Source: Eledone cirrhosa (lineage: Eukaryota). Taken from it: 64,000 nt of DNA. The notes below the pieces were generated by a model that was not told the DNA's origin, made no database searches, and saw only the letters and a list, made by a program, of their open reading frames with translations. The stretch lies in the NCBI GenBank assembly GCA_964016885.1, contig OZ024758.1, positions 30,132,001 to 30,196,000 of the forward strand. Reading direction: 5' to 3'. The position numbers and the translations under genes are program-made. Shown one piece after another: positions 42,099 through 56,400 of the stretch (its first letter is position 1; the number at the start of each line of letters is the position of its first letter).

Positions 42099-42487
42099 TA
42101 TGCCACGTGTTGGTTTAGAATAGATACACCGTATCTCTGTATGATGTGACTAAAAAGGGTTGGTGTCAAGTAAGACTTCCAACTGTAAAACACTGCTTCA
42201 AAAAGTCCTGTCCAGCCCATGCCAGCATTGAAAAGGTGATGTAAAAACAATGATGATAAACACTGGCCCCTTTGTTACCAAGCTGGCCATACCAAGCTCT
42301 AGTTCTATGAAATAAAACCACTCGTTTAAAAAGTTTTCAATGTATATAAAAATCTTTCAACATAATTTTATATAAGAACCCTACGTTAAGTTACTATCTT
42401 AGTAATGAAATAATTAATAATTTTAGTAAATCCCTCTACATTCTTCATTAATGAATTGAAAAAAAAGTGTATTTCATTAGAAATAAA

Positions 42488-43660
42488 CTGGCCGTATCCA
42501 GCCAGATTTCTCTCACCCCTTTCTGATTAAACTAGTTTTAACTGGCCACTCATACTGATGTTAAAGTATTGTTCTCAAAATAAATAATATCAAAATCTCA
42601 TAGATTGGATATTATGTGAGATAAACCTCTACCATGAAGATACAATAGTATATATAGAGTAATGTAAATGTTATGTGAGGTAAAGCCTTTACTGTGAAAA
42701 TACAATAGTATATATAGAGTAATGTAAATGTTATGTGAGATATTATGTAAGGTAAAGCCTTTACTGTGAAAATACAACAGTAAATATAGAGTAATGTAAA
42801 TGCTATGTGAGATGTTATGTGAGGTAAAGCCTTTACTGTGACAATACAATAGTATATATAGAGTAATGAAAATGTTATGTGAGATATTATGTGAGGTAAA
42901 GCCTTTACTGTGAAAATACAATAGTATATATAGAGTAATGTAAATGTTATGTGAGGTATTATGTGAGGTAAAGCCTTTACTGTGAAAATACAATAGTATA
43001 TATAGAGTAATGTAAATGTTGTGAGTTAAAACCTTTACTGTGAAAATACAATAGTATATATAGAGTAATGTAAATGTTATGTGAGATATTATGTGAGTTA
43101 AAACCTTTACTGTGAAAATACAATAGTATATATAGAGTAATGTAAATGTTATGTGAGATATTATGTGAGGTAAAGCCTTTACTGTGAAAATACAATAGTA
43201 TATATAGAGTAATGTAAATGTTATGTGAGATATTATGTGAGGTAAAACCTTTACTGTGAAAATACAATAGTATATATAGAGTAATGTAAATGTTATGTGA
43301 GATATTATGTGAGGTAAAGCCCTTACTGTGAAAATACAATAGTATATATAGAGTAATGTAAATGTTATGTGAGATATTATGTGAGGTAAAGCCTTTACTG
43401 TGAAAATACAATAGTATATATAGAGTAATGTAAATGTTAGGTGAGATATTATGTGAGGTAAAGCCTTTACTGTGAAAATACAATAGTATATATAGAGTAA
43501 TGTAAATGTTAGGTGAGATATTATGTGAGGTAAAGCCTTTACTGTGAAAATACAATAGTATATATAGAGTAATGTAAATGTTATGTGAGATATTATGTGA
43601 GGTAAAGCCTTTACTGTGAAAATACAATAGTATATATAGAGTAATGTAAATGCTAAAGGG
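42488..43660. mobile_element. piggyBac-type MITE (reverse orientation) with 72-bp array, ~14 copies
   Basis: Reverse complement of the unit; AATGCTAAAGGG terminus. Confidence 0.85.
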
Positions 43661-45924
43661 TGAAAGCAAACAGTTTTGTATCATAGTCATAGGTAGTTTC
43701 AAGCAGTTAGGTTTTTAGAGGGTTAAAATAAGGCCTGTGGTGTGTGAAATTCATGCATTTTCTGTTTACATGCCTCCCACAACCTTCCAGCTGCCATACT
43801 GACTTGGTTACATCTTAAGTGTGGAGGAGAGGAGGGGGTGTCCTCATTTGAAGTTGGGCCTCATTTGGTCCTGGTTAAGGCGTGATTCATATCTATGTGA
43901 GTGTAGTGTAGTGAAGTGCTATTAAAGAGATGACTCTGCTGCACCTGCATCACTACACTCTTCTATATTCACAAACAGAGCCTCTATGTGATCGCTCAAC
44001 TTGCTAGAAATAGCAGCCAAGTCTTCACCAAATCATATCTTATTGTTTTAAATAAGGACGGAGGGGAGGATATTAAATAATTGTTTCTACTTTTGGCTCA
44101 AGGCCAGCAATTACCCCAGTGCATTACTGGTGCTATATTTTATCAACCTTGTAAGGATGAAAGGCAAAGTTAACCGTGGCGTGATTTGAACTCAGACCGC
44201 AAAGGGCCTTAACTCTATGCTACAAAGCATGGCGTCCAACCCTCTACTGATACTGCCAATCCACAAATAATGCAGTCCTACCTTTCCTTAAAAGGATTGG
44301 AGGATCATGTCTGGAATAGCTCAGTGAGGGTTGATTCTGGAGCTAGACAACAACCACAACAGTAAAAACAACCTCCTCAACACTAACCAAAGAAAGAGTC
44401 TCTACATGGTCATTAGCCTGCTAGAAATAGCAGCCAACTCTTCCTCAATTCATAGCCTATTGTTTTAAGGAGGGAGGGGAGGATATTAAATAATTATTTC
44501 TAATTTAGGCACAAGGTCAGCAATTTTGGGAGAGGGGTAAGTCGATTAAATCGACTCCAATGTATTACTGGTACTTTATTTTATCAACCCTATAAGGATG
44601 AAAGGCAAAGTTAACCTCGGCGGGATTTTAAATAATTGTTTCTACTTTAGGCACAAAGCCAGCAATTACCCCAGTACATTACTGGTACTTTATTTTATCG
44701 ACCCCGTAAGGATGAAAGGCAAAGTCAACCTCGGCGGGATTTGAACTCAGATCGTAAAGGGACGTAACTATGCTGGAAAGCATGGCGTCCAACCCTCTAC
44801 CGATACTGCCAATCCACCGGGATTTTAAATAATGCAATCCTAAAAGGAACGATCGACTTTCGTCAAATTGGACCGAGGAAACAATGTTTCCATTGGTCTT
44901 TCCAATTGCTAAAACTATCTACCGGTCGCAACTCCAGGTAGAAGGAGCAACGTGAAATAAAGTGTCTTGCTCAAGGACATAACGCACCGTCCGGTCCGGG
45001 AATCAAACTCACAACCTCACGATTCTGAATCCAATTCTCTAACCACTCAGCCACACGCCATCCTACCTATCCATAAAAGGATTGAGTGGTCATCTTTGAT
45101 CAAAGGTTTGCTCAATCAGGGTTGTTTCTGGAGCTAGACAACATTCACAACAGCAAAAACAACCTCGTCAAGACTAACCAAAGTGAGTCTCTACATGGTG
45201 ATTTGGCCTGCTAGAAATAGCACCCAAATTCCCTTCAGATCATACTCTATTGTCTTAATAAAAACAAGAAAAAAACAAAAAAAAATACAATGCAATGCTG
45301 GCCTTTGGTCAAAGGTCACCTTTTGGAATGCCTTTGATCATATGTCTGATGAGTAAAGGTTGACTTCTAACAACTGCCAATTCATGCTAACTATTAATAG
45401 ACCCCTCCAGTTCTACCCCCTCTCTACTAACCAACTACACACTCTCTCTCCTACACTCTTTCTTTCTATCCTAAACAAATAATAATTGTTTCTACTTTAG
45501 GCACAAGGCCAGCAATTATCCCAGTGCATTACTGGTACTTTATTTTATCGACCCCATAAGGATGAAAGGCAAAGTTGACCTCGGCGGGATTTGAACTCAG
45601 ACTGTAAAGGGATGTAACTCTATGCTGGAAAGCATGGCGCCCGACCCTCTACCGGTACTGCCAATCCACCGTCCTAAACAAATAATAATAATACTTCATG
45701 GATTAGCAGTTGCTCCCCTCCCCACCCCACTATATACCTGTGACACCCCTCCTCACCCCGCTATATACCGGTGACGCCCCCCCCCCCTCCTTAAAATGTA
45801 TTGTGGTAAGGAGCAGGTGATGGAAGGAGCCTCTACATAATTATTTCACCTGCTAGAAATAGCAGTCAAATCTTTCTCAAACCACACCCTGTTGTTCTGA
45901 AAGAACAAAAGAAAGATTATTATA

Positions 45925-47064
45925 TCTTTCTTTATTTGCCACAGGGGCGTACAAAAGTGGGACATTACAAGACGCGACGGTGGGGGTTTTACATAGAATC
46001 TTTAACAATGATAAATAACAATAAACTATATATAAATAAAACAATTAAAATCCCAATTAGGGGGCGGGGGTAACGCTACTGCGGGGTTGTTTTACACCCC
46101 GTGGATAGAACAACCCTCAACATCAGGAACACGTTTTGTAAGTGTTCCCGTCTTCCCTCTGTTTATCTTCCTCAACTTACAGGTTTATATACAGAGAGGG
46201 CCCACTCACCCCCTCAACTTACAGGTTTATATACAGAGAGGGCCCACTCACCCCCTCAACTTACAGGTTTATATACAGAGAAGGCCCACTCACCCCCTCA
46301 ACTTACAGGTTTATATACAGAGAAGGCCCACTCACCCCCTCAACTTACAGGTTTATATACAGAGAAGGCCCATTCACCCCCTCAACTTACAGGTTTATAT
46401 ACAGAGAAGGCCCATTCACCCCCTCAACTTACAGGTTTATATACAGAGAAGGCCCATTCACCCCCTCAACTTACAGGTTTATATACAGAGAAGGCCCATT
46501 CACCCCCTCAACTTACAGGTTTATATACAGAGAAGGCCCATTCACCCCCACAACTTACAGGTTTATATACAGAGAAGGCCCATTCACCCCCTCAACTTAC
46601 AGGTTTATATACAGAGAAGGCCCATTCACCCCCTCAACTTACAGGTTTATATACAGAGAAGGCCCATTCACCCCCTCAACTTACAGGTTTATATACAGAG
46701 AAGGCCCATTCACCCCCTCAACTTACAGGTTTATATACAGAGAAGGCCCATTCACCCCCTCAACTTACAGGTTTATATACAGGGAAGGCCCATTCACCCC
46801 TCACCTTACAGGTTTATATACAGAGAAGGCCCATTCACCCCTTCAACTTACAGGTTTATATACAGAGAAGGCCCATTCACCCCCTCAACTTACAGGTTTA
46901 TATACATGGAAGGCCCATTCACCCCCTCAACTTACAGGTTTATATACATGGAAGGCCCATTCACCTGGGCCATTTTCGCCACATTCACCCACCTTTCAGC
47001 GAATTTACTGGAGTGTAGCACCTCTCTCTCCACTCTCACCTTCCTTCTGAAGTTGTACTTAAAG
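45925..47064 (-). mobile_element. 5'-truncated L1/Tx1-like LINE with 16-bp TSD
   Basis: TSD aagaaagattattata at 45909-45924 and 47065-47080; minus-strand FKYNFRRKVRVEREVLHSSKFAERWVNVAKMAQVNGPSMYINL*; AATAAA near the 3' end. Clade assignment is from recalled similarity. Confidence 0.7.
46171..46965. repeat. 42-bp minisatellite, ~19 copies
   Basis: Unit ctcaacttacaggtttatatacagagaaggcccattcacccc. Confidence 0.95.
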
Positions 47065-48027
47065 AAGAAAGATTATTATAGTCTGGTTGGTCGTGTCGGT
47101 AGAGCGTCAGACAACATGCTTTGCGGCATATAGTTACGTCCCCTTTCTGTCTGTGTGTCTATCCATCTCTCGTAATGTCTACATCTTTTAATCCCGCCGA
47201 GGTTAACTTTGCCTTTCATCCTTACGGGGTCAATAAACTAAAGTACCAGTAATGTACTGGGTAATTGCTGGCCTTGTGCCAAAAGTAGAAACAATTATTA
47301 TTACACTCTCTCCCCCTCTCTTTCCTTTATCTCTCTATCTCTCCCTCCCTCTCTCTCTCTCCTTCTCTCTCTCTCCCTCTCTCTCTCTCCCTCTCTTTCG
47401 GTAGAGCGTCAGACAACATGCTTTGCGGCATATAGTTACGTCCCTTTACGTTCTGAATTCAAATCTCGCCGAGATTAGCTTTGTTTCATCTTTACAGGGT
47501 TGATAAAATAAAATACCAGTAACACACTGGGGTCGATTTAATTAACTTTTCCCTTCTCTTAAAATTACTGACCTTCTGCCTAAACCAGAAACCATTATAA
47601 TCTGGTGTATGCTATGTCTGAAAAAAGACTGGTTATGGCTTGAATAATTTTGATTATATGTTTACATGATTAGAAGTGATTTGAGTCTAAACAACAACAG
47701 TGTTGAGGTAATGTATACTATTTTTATAGTTTAGTCTGAGTAGGAAGAGCAGCACCGATAGCATGTCTTTTTATTTGATTGGTGGCAGAGAGGAACAGTT
47801 GTACTGGTGGGATCACTTTCCTACAATCTCATGGCATATATATATATATGGCAGATTTACGACAATCTCCTAGGTAAACATGTAAGTCATAAATTTTAAT
47901 TGAAACATTCATAAACAACAAATGTTATTTTTCCTATCACTTTTGTTCATCATGTAGAAAAATGGATTTTGGAAAATGGAATTTTTAGAGTTTCAATTGT
48001 AAGCTCTCCTGCTTTCATTTTCTTTAA

Positions 48028-48231
48028 CCCCTTAATGTTCAAACCGGCCAAAACCAGCCAGAATTCTCTACCCTTTTCTGTTGAAACTGGCTGTAACTGG
48101 TCACTCAAACTGATAAGGTATTGTTCTCAAAATAAATACTTTCAAAATCTCATAGATTTGATATTATGTGAGGTAAAGCCTTTACCATGAAAATACAATA
48201 GTATATAACGAGTAATGTAAATGCTAAAGGA
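48028..48231. mobile_element. piggyBac-type MITE monomer
   Basis: TTAA flanks; homologous to 29307-29532. Confidence 0.75.
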
Positions 48232-48603
48232 TTAATCAAATTTTTAAAACCACTTATCCTGTTTGGTTAAAAGATGACGAGGCTTATTATGGTTTAGTGT
48301 CTTACTGGGCTGGTGGAATGTGGACTTGTGCTTGTGAAAATGGCGATGTTATTTTCTTTTGATTATCATGTCTAAAGAGGACAGATCTGAAAGTGTGAAT
48401 GCCTCTGTGTGTGAAAGAGAGAGGAGAAAGATTAGTGTTAATATTTTGGATACCAAACCGCTTAAAACCACCCTTAGTTCTATGATACCAAACTTCCTGA
48501 AAGTGCCCATGGTTCTATGACACAAAACTCTATTTTAAAGTGTCTATATTTCTCTGAAATCATTCATCATTATTTTGGTGTTATGTTCCAAACACCAGCT
48601 TAA

Positions 48604-48746
48604 CCCTTTACCATTTACATTACTCTATATATACTATTATATTTTTTATTTTGAGAACAATACCTTAACATCAGTATGAGTGGCTAGTTACATCCGGTTT
48701 GTACAGAAAAAGGGAGAAGGTTCTGGCCGGTTTAAATGCTAAAGGG
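48604..48746. mobile_element. piggyBac-type MITE, internally deleted
   Basis: TTAA|CCCTTTA ... TAAAGGG|TTAA. Confidence 0.8.
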
Positions 48747-49497
48747 TTAATAATGAGAAAGTTAGTTATATTATTAAATCTTTTCAAATTCTTAATTATT
48801 TTCGAAATTATTTGAAAATCAGATGCTCATCAGTGCTTATCCCAGTTTTTGTGGCGTTAAGTAACCAAAAGTATGAGACTTCCCGCTAGACAAGATGCCT
48901 GGCCATTGCAAGATTAACCCCCCCAGCTATTACTGGTACTCATTTTCAGCTGAGTATACTGGAGCAATAGGAAATGAAGTGTTTTGTTCAAGAACACAAC
49001 ACACAACTCATAAGTCCAACAACCTTACCACTATGTACTCTTATTAAAACAGTAAAATAAATCAATGCAAAAAGTTTTCTAGGCATTTTAAAATTTGGCT
49101 AAAACAAAGGAAGCAATGTTATTTAAGAGGTGACAAGTGTATCCCATGTAAAAACAAACACTGTTTGTATTGTGAATTCTAGACATAACTAAACCATGTT
49201 GTCCCATGTTTACACTGTAATTCTCTACTCCAAACCAACACAGTTGTCCCAAGTTATTTCACACTCTTACTTTTATATATTATTTCTGCTTTGCTACAAT
49301 AGAGACTGGTTGTAGTCGATGTGTCAACATTCTGTCTATTCATATAAAACATTCTAACAGTTAGTAGGTTCATATTGTCTTTAGCTGAGTCGGCTGAGCC
49401 TTCTATCAGCAGAGAAAATATCAGCAACTGTATCACCTGTACACTGAGTCTGAAGACACACAAAAACAAGGTTGAATGATATCTACATGGCTTAGTT

Positions 49498-49540
<43 letters not shown>

Positions 49541-49841
49541 ACATGGCGTGCTGCGTGGTTGCAAATGGGTTACATATGAATAAATTTAGTCCTTCATCAG
49601 TGATCTTCCAGCCTTCATTGGTATTTCATCGCTTTAAAGACCATATACCTCTGGTTGGTGCGAGCAACGGCTAAAGAAAGTCATTGGGACACGTAAATAG
49701 GGGGAACGAGCGAGACAGTAAACAAACAAAGATGGTAATGCAACGAAAAGTGAGGAAGAAGGAGTCAAGTCCCTGAAATCGATGAACATAAGTTCTGTGA
49801 AATCGTGGACGAGAGAGAATAAAGACCATCAAACCTGGTCG

Positions 49842-49880
<39 letters not shown>

Positions 49881-50814
49881 TCATCATCATCTTCGTTTAA
49901 CGTCTATGGGGTAGATGGGAGTTGTCCCACTTGAGGCAAGGTTGGTCGGGTGACCGTGTCTCGCTCATATAGGACTATCTGGCAGGTTTTCTACGGCTGG
50001 ATGCCCTTCCTAACACCAACCACATTTGGGAACTTTTTACCGTGTGACCTACAAGACCACATTACAGCGTGGACATATCTACATACGTTAGTTTGTATAT
50101 ATATATATATATATATCTACATGCCATAGTTTGTATATATATATATCTACATACCTTAGTTTGTATATATATATATCTACATACCTTAGTTTGTATATAT
50201 ATATATATATATCTACATACCTTAGTTTGTATATATATATATATATATATACATCTCAGACCGGGTGATGTGTTGTTTCCTTGCGCAAGACACTTTATTT
50301 CACATTGCTCCAGTTTACTCAGCTGTAGAAATGAGATGATAGGACTGGGATCCATATCATTCCACTGCAAAGTGGTCATGGAGGTGCCACGGCAAAAAAG
50401 CACCCAGCACTCACTGTAAATGAGGTTGGTGTTAGGAAGGGCATCCAGCTGTAGAAATCAAGCCAGAATCAGTTCCCATCCCACCCTTGCAAGCAGGGAA
50501 AAAGCAGACTTAAAACGAAATGATGATGATGAAAATGACATATCTACATGCCTTAGTTTATATATATATATATATATCATAAAACATGTCTATAGAATAC
50601 ATACCATAGTTTGTATATATATATATACATAGCTATATGCCATAGTTTGTATATATATATACATAGCTATATGCCTTAGTTTGTGTGTATACACTGCTAT
50701 ATACCTTAGGTTGTGTAGATATTATACATTAAGCAATTCTCCTTTCTCACTTTCTCCTCTACACACATGCATGCCTAACTTTGGGTTATAGTCCTGATGC
50801 ACTGCTCAGTTTAA

Positions 50815-51600
50815 CCCTTTATCATTTACATTACTCTATATATACTATTGTATTTTCACAGTAAAGGCTTTACCTCACATAATATCTCGCATAACATTTA
50901 CATTACTCTATATTTACTATTGTATTTTCACAGTAAAGGCTTTACCTCACATAATATCTCACATAACATTTACATTACTCTATATATACTATTGTATTTT
51001 CACAGTAAAGGCTTTACCTCACATAATATCTCACCTAACATTTACATTACTCTATATATACTATTGTATTTTCACAGTAAAGGCTTTACCTCACATAATA
51101 TCTCACCTAACATTTACATTACTCTATATATACTATTGTATTTTTACAGTAAAGGCTTTACCTCACATATCTCACCTAACATTTACATTACTCTATATAT
51201 ACTATTGTATTTTCACAGTAAAGGCTTTACCTCACATAATATCTCACCTAACATTTACATTACTCTATATATACTATTGTATTTTCACAGTAAGGGCTTT
51301 ACCTCACATAATATCTCACATAACATTTACATTACTCTATATATACTATTGTATTTTCACAGTAAAGGTTTTACCTCACATAATATCTCACATAACATTT
51401 ACATTACTCTATATATACTATTGTATTGTCACAGTAAAGGCTTTACCTCACATAATATCTCACATAACATTTACATTACTCTATATATACTATTGTATTT
51501 TCACAGTAAAGGCTTTACCTCACATAATATCACACATAATATTGAATCTATGAGATTTTGATATTTATTTTGAGAACAATACCTTTACATACATATGAGC
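50815..51600. mobile_element. piggyBac-type MITE with 72-bp array, ~10 copies
   Basis: TTAA|CCCTTTA start; same unit. Confidence 0.85.
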
Positions 51601-51885
51601 AGCAGGTTAGAGCAGTTAACAAGAATCATTAGACTCTGTCATTCAACACGTCAATAACTTCATCAAACAACAAGAGTCACTACACTGTCCTTCAGTCAAC
51701 AAGTCATTAGCCTATCAAACAAATCATGACCCCTTATTTGTCATTAAGAGGCATTGTACCCTGTCAGTCACAGTTTGGTTTGGGTTGGTTTTTCCTTCAG
51801 TATATTTTTTTATTTCTATAATTAATTCAGCTGGCAAGCAATGTGTATTATTGATTGACCAACAGTTAAAAATATAGATATAAAT

Positions 51886-51937
51886 ATAGTCTCTGAGTTC
51901 TTTCGTCACACACTTGTGACATCATCAGTGATACTAT
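51886..51937 (-). ncRNA. Hammerhead motif (family A)
   Basis: Minus strand atagtatca-CTGATGA-T-GTCACA-agtg-TGTGAC-GAAA-GAAC-TC-agagactat. Confidence 0.8.
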
Positions 51938-52051
51938 TGTGTTTGTTCCGCTGAGAGATGTCAACATGAATGGATCTATTATTTTTATCTAAAGACATTT
52001 TTTCCTATTCCATCCCACCCGTCCCCTTAATCTATTTTATTTCTCATTCTT

Positions 52052-52087
52052 TCTTCTGATGAAGGACTAGCGTCCGAAACGTTAAGA
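52052..52087 (+). ncRNA. Hammerhead motif (family B)
   Basis: tctt-CTGATGA-a-GGAC-tagc-GTCC-GAAACGTT-aaga. Confidence 0.8.
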
Positions 52088-52357
52088 CCCTCTTCCTGCT
52101 ATATCAAGCGTTAACCTAATATATCCCTTCCATATACTGTACCGATTGTGTTTTTATTTCTGTTTACCTTTTACATACACATATATATATATATATATAT
52201 ATGCAGAGGTTATATTTAATTAGTTGGGATTCAACAAGCTTAAACATTTTTATAACTGATATAAAGCACTCAACAGATTAGTGGAGGAATCTCCAACCGT
52301 TAAGGTTGTCTTTTTTTATTTCCGGGTATGTCAATATTTATTTATAAAACAAATCTG

Positions 52358-52423
52358 TATTTTATCTGATCAAAATGCACCATAATTTGCCTTGGTTTCC
52401 CTTGAAATATATATAATAAAATA
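52358..52423 (+). ncRNA. Degenerate hammerhead (family D)
   Basis: CTGATCA core variant; otherwise homologous to 60147-60212. Confidence 0.45.
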
Positions 52424-52780
52424 AATATGGTTTTATAAATATAGTTTCCATTTATTAATATATTGTATATATATATATATATATATATACATGCACAACC
52501 AAAGTTTTTAAGCTCACTGTATTACATATATGAGACTTTACATTGTTTAATAAGCAGTAACCCTAACATGGTCTCTGATTGTATTGTATATGCCATCATA
52601 TACATCTCCATTATCTACCATGTTAGTAGAAATTATATTGTTGAGGATCTATATAGGGCCCCCCAGACTGCTCAGGTTGATGCAGTTCAGGCAAAGCCAG
52701 AAGATTTGGAAGGATTTGGTTGCAGTAAAGATCAGATTAGAAATAAGAATCTAAACCTGAAGATGTTGGCCTCCTGTGAG

Positions 52781-55478
52781 TAGAGGGAGACTAATACAGA
52801 CTAAAGTTAGAGGGAGACTAATATAGACTAATGTTAGAGGGAGACTAATACAGACTAATGTTAGAGGGAGACTAATATAGACTAAAGTTAGAGGGAGACT
52901 AATACAGACTAAAGTTAGAGGGAGACTAATATAGACTAATGTTAGAGGGAGACTAATACAGACTAAAGTTAGAGGGAGACTAATACAGACTAATGTTAGA
53001 GGGAGACTAATATAGACTAAAGTTAGAGGGAGACTAATACAGACTAAAGTTAGAGGGAGACTAATATAGACTAAAGTTAGAGGGAGACTAATACAGACTA
53101 ATGTTAGAGGGAGACTAATATAGACTAAAGTTAGAGGGAGACTAATACAGACTAAAGTTAGAGGGAGACTAATATAGACTAATGTTAGAGGGAGACTAAT
53201 ACAGACTAAAGTTAGAGGGAGACTAATACAGACTAATGTTAGAGGGAGACTAATACAGACTAAAGTTAGAGGGAGACTAATACAGACTAATGTTAGAGGG
53301 AGACTAATACAGACTAATGTTAGAGGGAGACTAATATAGACTAAAGTTAGAGGGAAACTAATACAGACTAAAGTTAGAGGGAGACTAATATAGACTAAAG
53401 TTAGAGGGAGACTAATACAGACTAAAGTTAGAGGGAGACTAATATAGACTAATGTTAGAGGGAGACTAATACAGACTAAAGTTAGAGGGAGACTAATACA
53501 GACTAATGTTAGAGGGAGACTAATACAGACTAAAGTTAGAGGGAGACTAATACAGACTAATGTTAGAGGGAGACTAATACAGACTAATGTTAGAGGGAGA
53601 CTAATATAGACTAAAGTTAGAGGGAGACTAATACAGACTAATGTTAGAGGGAGACTAATACAGACTAAAGTTAGAGGGAGACTAATATAGACTAATGTTA
53701 GAGGGAGACTAATACAGACTAATGTTAGAGGGAGACTAATACAGACTAAAGTTAGAGGGAGACTAATACAGACTAAAGTTAGAGGGAGACTAATACAGAC
53801 TAAAGTTAGAGGGAGACTAATACAGACTAAAGTTAGAGGGAGACTAATACAGACTAATGTTAGAGGGAGACTAATACAGACTAAAGTTAGAGGGAGACTA
53901 ATACAGACTAAAGTTAGAGGGAGACTAATACAGACTAAAGTTAGAGGGAGACTAATACAGACTAATGTTAGAGGGAGACTAATACAGACTAAAGTTAGAG
54001 GGAGACTAATATAGACTAATGTTAGAGGGAGACTAATACAGACTAAAGTTAGAGGGAGACTAATACAGACTAAAGTTAGAGGGAGACTAATACAGACTAA
54101 AGTTAGAGGGAGACTAATACAGACTAAAGTTAGAGGGAGACTAATACAGACTAAAGTTAGAGGGAGACTAATACAGACTAAAGTTAGAGGGAGACTAATA
54201 CAGACTAATGTTAGAGGGAGACTAATATAGACTAAAGTTAGAGGGAGACTAATACAGACTAAAGTTAGAGGGAGACTAATACAGACTAAAGTTAGAGGGA
54301 GACTAATATAGACTAATGTTAGAGGGAGACTAATATAGACTAAAGTTAGAGGGAGACTAATACAGACTAAAGTTAGAGGGAGACTAATACAGACTAAAGT
54401 TAGAGGGAGACTAATACAGACTAAAGTTAGAGGGAGACTAATATAGACTAATGTTAGAGGGAGACTAATATAGACTAAAGTTAGAGGGAGACTAATATAG
54501 ACTAAAGTTAGAGGGAGACTAATACAGACTAAAGTTAGAGGGAGACTAATACAGACTAATGTTAGAGGGAGACTAATACAGACTAAAGTTAGAGGGAGAC
54601 TAATACAGACTAAAGTTAGAGGGAGACTAATACAGACTAAAGTTAGAGGGAGACTAATATAGACTAATGTTAGAGGGAGACTAATACAGACTAATGTTAG
54701 AGGGAGACTAATACAGACTAAAGTTAGAGGGAGACTAATACAGACTAAAGTTAGAGGGAGACTAATATAGACTAATGTTAGAGGGAGACTAATATAGACT
54801 AAAGTTAGAGGGAGACTAATACAGACTAAAGTTAGAGGGAGACTAATACAGACTAAAGTTAGAGGGAGACTAATATAGACTAAAGTTAGAGGGAGACTAA
54901 TACAGACTAATGTTAGAGGGAGACTAATACAGACTAATGTTAGAGGGAGACTAATACAGACTAAAGTTAGAGGGAGACTAATACAGACTAAAGTTAGAGG
55001 GAGACTAATATAGACTAATGTTAGAGGGAGACTAATACAGACTAATGTTAGAGGGAGACTAATACAGACTAAAGTTAGAGGGAGACTAATACAGACTAAA
55101 GTTAGAGGGAGACTAATACAGACTAAAGTTAGAGGGAGACTAATACAGACTAAAGTTAGAGGGAGACTAATATAGACTAAAGTTAGAGGGAGACTAATAC
55201 AGACTAAAGTTAGAGGGAGACTAATACAGACTAAAGTTAGAGGGAGACTAATACAGACTAAAGTTAGAGGGAGACTAATACAGACTAATGTTAGAGGGAG
55301 ACTAATATAGACTACATTTAGAGGGAGACTAATACAGACTAAAGTTAGAGGGAGACTAATACAGACTAATGTTAGAGGGAGACTAATACAGACTAAAGTT
55401 AGAGGGAGACTAATACAGACTAATGTTAGAGGGAGACTAATACAGACTAAAGTTAGAGGGAGACTAATACAGACTAAT
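52781..55478. repeat. 27-bp minisatellite, ~100 copies
   Basis: Unit tagagggagactaataYagactaaWgt. Confidence 0.95.
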
Positions 55479-55533
55479 ATTTCAGATTTTTAATCTCTAA
55501 GTACGTCTTCCTGTCTCTGTTTCCAATTCTCCT

Positions 55534-55622
<89 letters not shown>

Positions 55623-55741
55623 ACACACAAGCACACACACACAAGTATATATTATACATATATATATTCAGTTCTGATGTAGCTGTTGAAATGGCAGGAG
55701 CTCAGCCGATAGGGCTCCAAAATGTTCATGTACATATATAT

Positions 55742-55825
<84 letters not shown>

Positions 55826-56001
55826 ACACACACATATATAATGATAACATTAATAAAGATGATTATGTAACATCAGCATCTTATTAATGTTATTATTATA
55901 CTGAATCTCTATCGTAACTACAAACTACGAATGTTGAGAGCTTTCTCCTGCTTGCTCCTGTTTTTACCAAAACAATCTCTTAAAATATATATATATATAT
56001 A

Positions 56002-56400
56002 TCATCATCATCATCATTTAACGTCCATCTTGCACGCTTGCATGAGTCTGGACGGGAGCTTTCCCACTTGAGGCAAGATTGGTTGTCTTGCTCATATAGG
56101 ACTGTCTGGCAGGTTTTCTACGGCTGGATGCCCTTCCTAACACCAACCATGTTTACAGTGTGGACTGGGAGGTTTTTACCGTGTTACCTACACGGCCACA
56201 TTACAGCCTGGACTGTGTGTTTTTTTGTCGTGACACCTACACGACCTCGTTTGTTTCGGGCTGGATGTTGTGGTACCAACATAGCTTTACATCGAAAGGG
56301 GTGGTGTGGATGGGGTGGGGGTAGTGGGACGGGGGTGTATTTTTGTTAGAGGTGCCTACTGACTGTAGTAGGTTTTACTTTGTATTTAGGGAAGGCGGGT
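56002..56400 (-). mobile_element. RTE 3'UTR-only copy
   Basis: Matches 33005-33416. Confidence 0.85.
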
